A stretch of DNA of 53,138 nt, taken from Candidatus Dormiibacterota bacterium. GTDB taxonomy: Bacteria; Chloroflexota; Dormibacteria; Dormibacterales; Dormibacteraceae. Position numbers and translations under genes: made by a program. Where the stretch lies: the NCBI GenBank assembly GCA_036833175.1, contig DAITQH010000001.1:1-53138 (forward strand). Direction: 5' to 3'. The stretch's first letter is position 1, and every line of letters starts with the position of its first letter. Shown piece by piece: positions 1-7,205 of the stretch. The notes beneath the pieces were generated by a model. That model was not told the DNA's origin and ran no database searches. It saw nothing but the letters and a program-made list of their open reading frames with translations.

Positions 1-374
1 TCCAGCAATGCGGTCGCGTTGTCCGGATGTGCGAGCACGTTGCCCGTCTTGACCAACAGCATGTTGGTGAAAGGCATCGCGAAGGCCCAGTCGACGACGA
101 GCATGCGCGCGTGCCGCGGCCGCGGGTGCTCGGCGATGATGGCCGTGCGGATCATCGCGCCGTCGTAGGGAATGATGCCCGCGTGGTTGGCAACGAGCAA
201 CGCGCGGCCCCGAGCCGGCACGTTGTTGATCCCATCGACCTCGACCCGCCAGTACTTCCGATAGAACCAGAGCGCGACGCTCTGAACCCTGTCGGTGAAT
301 TCGGGATCGAACCCGAATTGATCGCCGCGCGGCTCCAGCTCTTCGCTGGAACCGTAGACACGAAGAGACCCCAC
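1..374 (-). CDS. Lysophospholipid (1-acyl-sn-glycerol-3-phosphate) acyltransferase family protein, N-terminal part only (gene runs off the left edge)
   Basis: Own translation of the minus strand from GTG 374-372 (in-frame TAG at 380-378 just upstream): VGSLRVYGSSEELEPRGDQFGFDPEFTDRVQSVALWFYRKYWRVEVDGINNVPARGRALLVANHAGIIPYDGAMIRTAIIAEHP... It carries the acyltransferase H(x4)D box (NHAGIIPYD). It is not in the ORF track because it has no stop inside the window. Confidence 0.7.
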   Translation of the reverse strand, partial: MGSLRVYGSSEELEPRGDQFGFDPEFTDRVQSVALWFYRKYWRVEVDGINNVPARGRALLVANHAGIIPYDGAMIRTAIIAEHPRPRHARMLVVDWAFAMPFTNMLLVKTGNVLAHPDNATALL

Positions 375-410
375 CTCCTACGAGTATGGCAACATGCAGG
401 CGGCCTCGAT

Positions 411-1340
411 ATGGCACTCGATTTGCAGGCCGCCGCCACGGAATATCTCGGCTGGCTTCAACTTGAGGCGAACCGCAGTCCGAACACGGTCCGGGCGTAC
501 GCGTCCGAGCTCAACAAGCTGATCGCTTTCCTGACAGCAAACCAGCACTCGCTCTCCGTCGACGACTTGCGCCATGACGACCTGCGCGCTTATCAGCGCC
601 ACCTCGCCGGCCGCTTGAAGAGTCCCGCATCGCGCGCCCGGGCTCTCGTCGCTGTCCGCTCCTGGCTGCGCTGGATCGCGAAGGAAGGCCTGATCGAACG
701 TGATCTGTCCAACGGCATCACGCTGCCGAAGCTCGAGCAAAGGCTGCCCAAGCCGATCGACCCTGACGAGCTCACCCGCCTGCTCGGCGCGCTGCCCAGA
801 CAGACTCCTCATGAAAAGCGGGATCGCGCCCTCGTCCAGTTCTTGATCAGTACCGGCTGCCGCATCTCGGAGTCTCTGGCCCTCGACCGGACGGACTTCC
901 CGCGCTCCGGCAACCGCCTGGTCGTGACCGGCAAGGGCTCGAAGCAACGGTCGGTGTACCTGACCACTGACGCTCGCGAGGCGTTGGAGGAGTACCTGGC
1001 CGTGCGCGAAGACGCCTGCATGGCGTTGTTCGTCAACTTCGACCGCTCCGCTGAAGACGATCGCGCCCGCCGCCTGACCTCTGCCGGCGCGCGCTTCATC
1101 GTGCGCAAGCTGCGGGTGCAGCTGGGCGCATGGTCTTTCAAGTCGCCTCACGTCGCGCGCCATACCGCGGCCACGACGCTGCTCGAGGTGACCGGCGGCG
1201 ACGTGCGACTGGTCCAGGAGGTCCTGGGCCACGCCAACCTCAACACCCTGCAGGGGTACACGAAGATCGTCGACAGCCGCAAACAGGATGCATACCGTCG
1301 CTACCAAGAATTTCTGGACGACAAAAAGGCCGGGCGTTAG
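411..1340 (+). CDS. Tyrosine site-specific recombinase, XerC/XerD family
   Basis: Track ORF 27..1340. The homologous part starts at ATG 411 (MALDLQAAATEYLGWLQLEANRSPNTVRAYASEL...). Catalytic-type residues lie near the C-terminus (HVARHTAAT, LGHANLNTLQGYTKI). The upstream 128 codons are antisense to the acyltransferase and are judged non-coding. Confidence 0.85.
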   Translation: MALDLQAAATEYLGWLQLEANRSPNTVRAYASELNKLIAFLTANQHSLSVDDLRHDDLRAYQRHLAGRLKSPASRARALVAVRSWLRWIAKEGLIERDLSNGITLPKLEQRLPKPIDPDELTRLLGALPRQTPHEKRDRALVQFLISTGCRISESLALDRTDFPRSGNRLVVTGKGSKQRSVYLTTDAREALEEYLAVREDACMALFVNFDRSAEDDRARRLTSAGARFIVRKLRVQLGAWSFKSPHVARHTAATTLLEVTGGDVRLVQEVLGHANLNTLQGYTKIVDSRKQDAYRRYQEFLDDKKAGR

Positions 1341-1349
1341 TATCTGAGC

Positions 1350-1748
1350 GTGGTCGAGCTCAAACAGGCGAAGCTGCTGCAGGGACTCCCTGAGTCAGAG
1401 CTGCGCTCCCTCGAGAAGCAGGTGAAGATCGTCAAGCATCCGGCCGGCCACGAGATCGTCGTGAAGGGCGACAACGGGGTTGGTTTCATGATCATCCTCG
1501 ACGGCACCGTCACCGTCTCGACCATCCAGGGCAAGGCCCGGAAGCTCGGGGCCGGCGACTCGTTCGGGGAGATGGCGCTGCTGGACCACGAGGGCCGGAG
1601 CGCAACCATCAAGGCGGACACCGACGTGTCCCTGGCCACCATCCCGGAATGGAACTTCAAGCCGTTCCTGAAGGAGCATCCCGAGGTTGCCTACCGTTTG
1701 CTCCAGGTCCTGAGCCAGCGCGTCCGGCAGGCGGAAAGCGACCACTAA
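1350..1748 (+). CDS. Stand-alone cyclic-nucleotide-binding (cNMP/CAP-effector) domain protein
   Basis: 132 aa with a GTG start 9 nt after the recombinase stop. Typical cNMP-binding core GDSFGEMALLDHEGRSATIKADTDV. No HTH or other output domain. Confidence 0.8.
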   Translation: MVELKQAKLLQGLPESELRSLEKQVKIVKHPAGHEIVVKGDNGVGFMIILDGTVTVSTIQGKARKLGAGDSFGEMALLDHEGRSATIKADTDVSLATIPEWNFKPFLKEHPEVAYRLLQVLSQRVRQAESDH

Positions 1749-1751
1749 CCC

Positions 1752-2501
1752 TTAGCTCTTCTCGAGCACCAGGATCTCGTGGGTCTGCTCGCGGGTCCGG
1801 AGCTCAGGGCCAATGGCTCGCAGTCGATCGATCACAGGCACCACATGCTCGTTCCACTCCAGCTCGCCGAGATCCCAGAAGAGGGAGCTGCTTCGGTCCT
1901 CGATCCGCGTCGCCTCCATTTCCCCGCTTGTCTCGCTGGCGAAGCCAATACCAAGTACGCGTGTCACCTCTTGAAGCCCTGCCGATGACGCGGCCGCGGC
2001 CACTCGATCGAGGTCGTCGCGGCGCCAGTTGTCGGCCAGCAACGTCCGGTACATGGGCTCCGTGATCCGGCGAATCTGGTCGTCAGGCTCGCGGTTGATC
2101 GTTGCGATGACCAGGCGGCCTTTCGATCGAAGCACCCGCGCCGCCTCTCGGAGCATGGCAGCCTGATCGTCCACCAGGTGCATGACCCACACCATGTACG
2201 CAGCTTCGAAGGCTCCATCGGCGAACGGTAGGCTCCAACCGTCATAACGGGCTAGCGCCCCCGGAGCCCTGCGTGTTGCTACCCGAAGCATCTCCATCGC
2301 GATGTCGACCCCGATGACCCGGTGTCCTTGGCGCCGCAAAGCGCCTGCCACAACCCCAGTCCCGACGCCGACCTCGAGCACCGTCGCACCAGGGTGGATG
2401 CGTAGGTGCGGCTCAATCTCTGCAGCGAATCTCTCGCCCCGGCTCTCTCCGCCGCGGGCTTCGTCGTACCGCTCGGCGGCGCGGTCGAAGGAGCGGCCCA
2501 T
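1752..2501 (-). CDS. Class I SAM-dependent methyltransferase
   Basis: 249 aa. Motif I VLEVGVGTGVVAGAL, followed by VIGVDIAMEML. Confidence 0.8.
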   Translation of the reverse strand: MGRSFDRAAERYDEARGGESRGERFAAEIEPHLRIHPGATVLEVGVGTGVVAGALRRQGHRVIGVDIAMEMLRVATRRAPGALARYDGWSLPFADGAFEAAYMVWVMHLVDDQAAMLREAARVLRSKGRLVIATINREPDDQIRRITEPMYRTLLADNWRRDDLDRVAAAASSAGLQEVTRVLGIGFASETSGEMEATRIEDRSSSLFWDLGELEWNEHVVPVIDRLRAIGPELRTREQTHEILVLEKS

Positions 2502-2606
2502 CGCCGGAGTTTAGGGCTGCGAGAGGAGCTGGGCGTCGACCCCGGGCCCCAAACCAAAGAGGTCCACCGCGAGCTGCTGCGTCTGACCTCGTGAAACCAG
2601 ACGCTC

Positions 2607-2635
2607 TTGCAACTAAGCGTCGGCGTGGTTGATAT
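2607..2635 (+). promoter_or_regulatory. Candidate sigma70-type promoter for the nitrilase gene (weak call)
   Basis: TTGCAA (2607-2612), 17-nt spacer, TGATAT (2630-2635), about 50 nt upstream of GTG 2687, in the divergent intergenic region. Consensus match only. Confidence 0.25.
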
Positions 2636-2686
2636 GCCCGAGACTATGGATTCGTTAATGCAGCCCACACGCGCCATCAGTAAATC

Positions 2687-3640
2687 GTGACCACCGCAAC
2701 GAAGCGAGTCGCGGTCGTGCAGGCGGCACCTGTCGTCTTCGATTGCGCCGCTACGCTGTCCAGGGTTCAAAACTTGGCCGCCGAAGCCGCAGCCGGCGGA
2801 GCAGGCCTGGTGCTGTTTCCCGAGGCCTTCATCTCGGGTTATCCCCGAGGCATCTCTTTCGGCACCGTGATCGGCGACCGCACCCCTGAAGGCCGCGATC
2901 ATTTCCGGAGGTATTGGGACAGCTCTATCGACATTCCAGGACCTGCGGTAGACCAACTTGTCGTCCTCGCTCAGGAGCTTGGGATTTACCTCGTGGTGGG
3001 CGTGATCGAACGGGACGGAGGCACTCTCTACTGCACCGCCGTGTTCGTCTCGCCAGACGGCTACCTGGGCAAACACCGAAAGGTCATGCCGACTGCGGCA
3101 GAGCGTCTGGTTTGGGGATACGGCGACGCGTCAACGCTCCCCGTCTTTGACACGCCGTTCGGGCGCTTGGGGGCGGTCATCTGCTGGGAGAACTACATGC
3201 CGCTGCTGCGGATGGCCATGTACTCGAAGGGCATCCAGATCTACTGCATTCCGACAGCCGATGGGCGCGAGACCTGGCTGTCTACGGTGCGCCATATAGC
3301 GATGGAGGGCCGTTGCTTTGTCCTTTCCGCCAACCAGTTCACACGGCTTTCCGACTTTCCCGCGGACATCGATAACGAGCTCGCTTCAAAACCCGACGAC
3401 GTTGTCTGTTTCGGTGGGAGCTGCATCGTCGATCCGCTGGGCAACGTGCTGGCGGGTCCCGACTTCAACGGACCGTCGATCCTGTACGCCGACCTCGATC
3501 TCGCCGACGTGGCGCGGGCGAAGTACGACTTCGACGTAGTCGGTCATTACGCCCGTCCAGACCTATTTCACCTCGAAATCAACGAACAGCTGCAAGAGCC
3601 AGTCGTCACGGTCAGGCGTCCAACAGAAACGACGGTTTAA
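2687..3640 (+). CDS. Nitrilase / carbon-nitrogen hydrolase family protein
   Basis: 317 aa. Glu-Lys-Cys triad contexts are present: FPEAFISGYP, HRKVMPT, CWENYMPLLR. Confidence 0.85.
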   Translation: MTTATKRVAVVQAAPVVFDCAATLSRVQNLAAEAAAGGAGLVLFPEAFISGYPRGISFGTVIGDRTPEGRDHFRRYWDSSIDIPGPAVDQLVVLAQELGIYLVVGVIERDGGTLYCTAVFVSPDGYLGKHRKVMPTAAERLVWGYGDASTLPVFDTPFGRLGAVICWENYMPLLRMAMYSKGIQIYCIPTADGRETWLSTVRHIAMEGRCFVLSANQFTRLSDFPADIDNELASKPDDVVCFGGSCIVDPLGNVLAGPDFNGPSILYADLDLADVARAKYDFDVVGHYARPDLFHLEINEQLQEPVVTVRRPTETTV

Positions 3641-3680
3641 AGGCGGCTGCGGCCAAGCGATCGGATGCCGCACACGCGGG

Positions 3681-3713
3681 CAAACAAAAAGGCCGGCTTC
3701 GTAGAAGCCGGCC
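3681..3713 (-). terminator. Rho-independent terminator of the 104-aa gene
   Basis: Perfect 10-bp stem GGCCGGCTTC / GAAGCCGGCC (3691-3700 / 3704-3713) with a 3-nt loop. On the minus strand it is followed by TTTTTGTTTG (3690-3681). It lies 24 nt after the stop at 3737. Confidence 0.8.
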
Positions 3714-3736
3714 CTGGGAAGCGACTAGAGAGCTGC

Positions 3737-4051
3737 TTACTCGTCCTCGATCTGGTTGTACATCAGGCTGTCCTGGATCTCGTACAGCGCGTCCATCGCC
3801 TCCATCACGGAAGCGGGCTTGGCCGTAGCCAGGACGGTCACCTCGGGAGAGTCCTCGATCACCTTGTTGATGGCCACTGAGAGAACCGGCGGCATCTGGC
3901 GCTGGTCGGCCAGGTTCAGCATCTCCAGCTCGTTGAGGAGCCTGTCGATGTGGTGCATCTTGTTTCGGCGCGCGTATTTAGCGCGCTGGATGCGCATCTC
4001 CCTGGCGGTCATGTGCTCGATGGCGCGGCTCGCCTGCTTGATCATGGTCAT
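3737..4051 (-). CDS. Hypothetical small acidic-tailed protein (no family recognised)
   Basis: 104 aa: MTMIKQASRAIEHMTAREMRIQRAKYARRNKMHHIDRLLNELEMLNL...YNQIEDE. Strong SD (GGAGAAGGAGAAAGAGAC before the ATG), G/C-biased third codon positions, and its own terminator. Confidence 0.7.
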   Translation of the reverse strand: MTMIKQASRAIEHMTAREMRIQRAKYARRNKMHHIDRLLNELEMLNLADQRQMPPVLSVAINKVIEDSPEVTVLATAKPASVMEAMDALYEIQDSLMYNQIEDE

Positions 4052-4173
4052 GTCTCTTTCTCCTTCTCCTGACCCAAAAGTTTACGGGCCTCCGCCAATT
4101 TGTCAAGGATGATCTGTAATAAATGCCTCCGGGCTCTGTTAGCATGGCCCGAAAGCGACCGGATGTGCCCTAA

Positions 4174-4803
4174 ATGATCGCCGGCCGTTCGACCCGCATG
4201 GAAGTCCTCGAGCTGCTACGGCGCAAGGGCGGCTCAAGCGCGGAAAGCATCGCCACGGACCTTGGCGTCACCCCGAACGCCGTCCGCCAGCACCTCACGA
4301 ACCTCGAACGAGACGGCTTTGTGGTGAGCCACCCCGAGCGCAGCGGCCGCGGGCGGCCCTCGCTGCTCTTCTCCCTCACCGAGCGGGCCGACTCCGTGTT
4401 CCCCAAGCGCTACGGGCAACTCGCCACGATGGTGCTCCAGGAGGTCCAGGAGATGGGCGGCCCCGAGGCGCTGGACGAGGTCTTCTCCCGGGTGGCCGCC
4501 CGGCACGCAAGCGCCATCGAGCCTTCCCTGGACGGCCTCGACTTCGACGAGAAGCTGCGCCGGGTGGTGGTCTGGATTGGCCGGGCCGGCACCCTGGCCG
4601 AGCAGACGGAGACTGCCGAAGGCGTGAAGGTGACCATTCACAACTGCCCGTTCCGCAACACCGCGCTCAAGTTCCCCCAGGTGTGCACCATCACTCCGCA
4701 GCTGATGTCGAGGCTGCTCGGCACCAACATCTCGCAGGCCGACTCCATCCATCGCCATGACCCGTATTGCTCATTTGTCGTCCAGCGCCCTTCCAACGCT
4801 TAA
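4174..4803 (+). CDS. Winged-helix (ArsR/DeoR-like) transcriptional regulator with a C-terminal Cys motif, SufR-like
   Basis: 209 aa. N-terminal wHTH (MEVLELLRRKGGSSAESIATDLGVTPNAVRQHLTNLERDGFV). C-terminal C-x12-C-x27-C (HNCPFRNTALKFPQVCTITPQ...HDPYCSF). Confidence 0.65.
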   Translation: MIAGRSTRMEVLELLRRKGGSSAESIATDLGVTPNAVRQHLTNLERDGFVVSHPERSGRGRPSLLFSLTERADSVFPKRYGQLATMVLQEVQEMGGPEALDEVFSRVAARHASAIEPSLDGLDFDEKLRRVVVWIGRAGTLAEQTETAEGVKVTIHNCPFRNTALKFPQVCTITPQLMSRLLGTNISQADSIHRHDPYCSFVVQRPSNA

Positions 4804-5467
4804 CAGCCACCAGGTCAAGGAGGTCGACGCGCTCGCGCAGGAGCGCTTCGCCATCTCCGTGGACTGGTTGATGGAGGCCGCGGGCTGGCAGGTGGCTCGT
4901 TTCTGCCCCACCGCGACGACGGTCGTGTGCGGCGTGGGCAACAACGCTGGTGACGGGCTGGCTGCGGCGCGACACCTGCACCGCTGGGGAAAGCTGCGCA
5001 GGGTGTGCTGCGTCGACCTCGCGCGACTGCAGGGCGCCGCCGCGAGGGAGCTGGTGGCGCTCCGGCGGACCGGCGTAGTGGTCTCGAACCAGCTCGAGCT
5101 TGATGGGGCCGAGGCGGTCGTCGACGCCGTGTTCGGAACTGGCCTGTCCAGGCGCCCCGAGGGCCATTTCGCTGATTGGATCGACGGCATCAACTCGTCG
5201 GGCCTGCACGTGGTCGCGGTGGACGTGCCGTCCGGCCTCGACGCCGACTCCGGCGTCGCCTACGCTCCCTGTGTGCAGGCACACACGACCGTCACGCTCG
5301 GCCTTCCCAAACCCGGCTTGCTGCAGGCCGACGGGGTGCACCTGGCAGGAGAGGTCTGGATGGCCGACATCGGGGTGCCGTTCGAGGCTTACGCGATGGT
5401 CGGTGTGCAGGTCCCGAGCGACCTCTACTCGACCGCCGACCGGGTTCGCCTGGATTCACTCAGATGA
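4757..5467 (+). CDS. nnrE: NAD(P)H-hydrate epimerase (YjeF N-terminal domain only)
   Basis: 236 aa. Motifs VVCGVGNNAGDGLAAARHL and VDAVFGTGLSR...VAVDVPSGLDADSG. ATG 4757 overlaps the regulator by 47 nt; an alternative TTG start is at 4775. Confidence 0.8.
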   Translation: MTRIAHLSSSALPTLNSHQVKEVDALAQERFAISVDWLMEAAGWQVARFCPTATTVVCGVGNNAGDGLAAARHLHRWGKLRRVCCVDLARLQGAAARELVALRRTGVVVSNQLELDGAEAVVDAVFGTGLSRRPEGHFADWIDGINSSGLHVVAVDVPSGLDADSGVAYAPCVQAHTTVTLGLPKPGLLQADGVHLAGEVWMADIGVPFEAYAMVGVQVPSDLYSTADRVRLDSLR

Positions 5468-6432
5468 CGCGAGAGGTCGTTTGGGACCACGGCGTGTCGC
5501 TGCCGGGCCATCGCCTATGGCTCGATCCGCTGGTGGTGAGGACATTCGCCTTCATATCGCATGCGCACACGGACCACGCGCGACGCCATAAAGAAGCTCT
5601 CCTCACGCCCCAGACCCTGGCGCTCATCCCGGAATCCCGCCGGCCGCGAGGCTGGCGCATGTTGGGCTACCACGAGACGATGCGACGTGGCCAGGCCTCG
5701 GTGACCCTCTACCCTGCGGGCCACATGCTCGGCTCGGCCCAGCTCCTGTTTGAGCACCATGGGACGACTCTTCTCTACACCGGTGACATCAAGCTGCGGC
5801 AGGCCGGCGGGCTCACACCGACGCATATCCCCAAAGCCGACGTGCTGATCATCGAGACGACGTACGGGCGCCCCCACTTTCGTTTCGGGGATCCCGACTC
5901 CACGATCGAGGGGATCGCGATGTGGTGCCGGCGAGCCCTGGATAGCCGTGTGACTCCCGTGCTGCTCTGCCACGCGCTTGGCAAGACTGAGGAGATGATG
6001 CTGGCGCTCGCGCCGTACGGCTTCACGTTCGCGCTCGAGAAGCGATGCGCTCCCTGCGCGCGCGAGTATGCGGCGGCCGGACGCACGCTGCCGGATTGGG
6101 TCGAGCTCGACGGAGAGGCGCCCCAGGGGCGGGTCGTCATCGCTCCGCCGGCCGGCAAGGATGAGGTCCGCCGGCTCGGCCGCTACCGCACCGCGCTGGT
6201 TTCGGGCTGGGCCAAAGACGCCGAGTTCGCGCGCATGTTCGGCGCCGACGCGACTTTCGATCTCTCCGACCACTGCGACTTCGACGAGCTGATGGAGGTG
6301 GTCGAGCGGTCAGGCGCCGACCAGGTTTACACGGTGCACGGCTTCACAGCGGACTTCGCGCGCCACCTGAGAAAGAAAGGAATCCGAGCGTCGGCGCTGG
6401 AAGCGACCGAGCAGCTGGCGCTAGCGCTTTAG
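5464..6432 (+). CDS. Ligase-associated DNA-damage-response exonuclease (MBL / beta-CASP fold)
   Basis: Track ORF 5176..6432. The real start is taken at ATG 5464 (MTREVVWDHGVSLPGHRLWLDPL...), which overlaps the nnrE stop as ATGA. MBL motif FISHAHTDHARRH. Same-strand ATP-dependent ligase nearby. Confidence 0.8.
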   Translation: MTREVVWDHGVSLPGHRLWLDPLVVRTFAFISHAHTDHARRHKEALLTPQTLALIPESRRPRGWRMLGYHETMRRGQASVTLYPAGHMLGSAQLLFEHHGTTLLYTGDIKLRQAGGLTPTHIPKADVLIIETTYGRPHFRFGDPDSTIEGIAMWCRRALDSRVTPVLLCHALGKTEEMMLALAPYGFTFALEKRCAPCAREYAAAGRTLPDWVELDGEAPQGRVVIAPPAGKDEVRRLGRYRTALVSGWAKDAEFARMFGADATFDLSDHCDFDELMEVVERSGADQVYTVHGFTADFARHLRKKGIRASALEATEQLALAL

Positions 6433-6788
6433 CGGAGAGCCCAGCCCGAGCGAAGGACTGCCCGGCGTAGATCCGGGTCGACCGCTGCGGCGTCGCTCAG
6501 CTTCGTGAGCAGAAGGTCGACCCAGGCGGTCAGGTGAACCGGCGGCAGGAGCTCGAGCTGCTCGTTTTTTACGCGTGCGCGGAAGCTGCGGCCGGCGATG
6601 TCCAGCACGAGCTCGGTGATGGGGCCGCGATTCAGGTGGCCGCGCTTGACCTTCGCCGCCGCCGGGATCCGCTCCACGAGGTAGTCGAGCAGCTCGGCAC
6701 TGTCGTCCTCGCCGGTGATCGGCGCGTGACAGAAGACGCATGCCCCTTCGAGAGGCAGCGAAGGCGCTGAGCAGACAGCGCAGTTCAA
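6429..6788 (-). CDS. Hypothetical protein with N-terminal CxxC...CxxC zinc-ribbon-like motif
   Basis: 119 aa with a TTG start: MNCAVCSAPSLPLEGACVFCHAPITGEDD... Its stop shares the tetranucleotide TTAG (6429-6432) with the exonuclease stop. Confidence 0.5.
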   Translation of the reverse strand: MNCAVCSAPSLPLEGACVFCHAPITGEDDSAELLDYLVERIPAAAKVKRGHLNRGPITELVLDIAGRSFRARVKNEQLELLPPVHLTAWVDLLLTKLSDAAAVDPDLRRAVLRSGWALR

Positions 6789-6997
6789 TCCGTGTAGCGC
6801 GTGATCGTCTGATCCTCGCGCCTCTTCTCGGCCTGGAAGAGCGGACAGTCCTCGTAGTTGCGGACGCAGATCGGCGGGCTGTCGCTCAGCGCGTACTTCC
6901 GCTTCGAGCGGCGGTCCACGTGGCAGTCAAATCTGTAAACGCGCAGCAGAGAGCGCCGCTCTTTCAAGTATTCCTCGAGATAGGGGCAGCGTCGCAT
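6785..6997 (-). CDS. Hypothetical basic 4-Cys small protein
   Basis: 70 aa: MRRCPYLEEYLKERRSLLRVYRFDCHVDRRSKRKYALSDSPPICVRNYEDCPLFQAEKR... Cys spacing is C-x20-C-x18-C-x6-C. G/C-biased third positions. Its stop overlaps the downstream TTG start (TTGA). Confidence 0.5.
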   Translation of the reverse strand: MRRCPYLEEYLKERRSLLRVYRFDCHVDRRSKRKYALSDSPPICVRNYEDCPLFQAEKRREDQTITRYTD

Positions 6998-7205
6998 CGC
7001 GATCTACGATAGGCCACCATGCATGGCGGCGCAGGTCGGGCGGCGAGGCATTCGGCGATCCAGGTGGCCGAGATGCTAGGCGCGGCCGAGCATCGGAGCG
7101 CGCGCATCCGTTGATGCGTAAGCGAGAAGCGCAGGCCGCAACAACGCAGATGGGCCGCCTGGGCGCCGAAGGCCCGCCGATCCGCGCCTGCGCCGCCACG
7201 CACTA

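Noticed and set aside
411-4051. Integron or genomic island headed by the tyrosine recombinase
   Set aside because: The recombinase looks like a plain XerC/D type. The downstream genes are co-oriented with it, have no attC-like imperfect palindromes between them, and show host-like codon bias. No flanking direct repeats or tRNA were found.
5176-5463. N-terminal extensions of track ORFs: 27-410, 5176-5463, 10686-10883, 20677-21024, 34424-34759, 38277-38675, 41444-41605, 47171-47302, 48963-49187, 51513-51590
   Set aside because: The extensions overlap the preceding gene or a repeat, are low-complexity Arg-rich, and homology-like sequence begins at an internal ATG or GTG. That internal start often forms a 1-4 nt overlap with the upstream stop.
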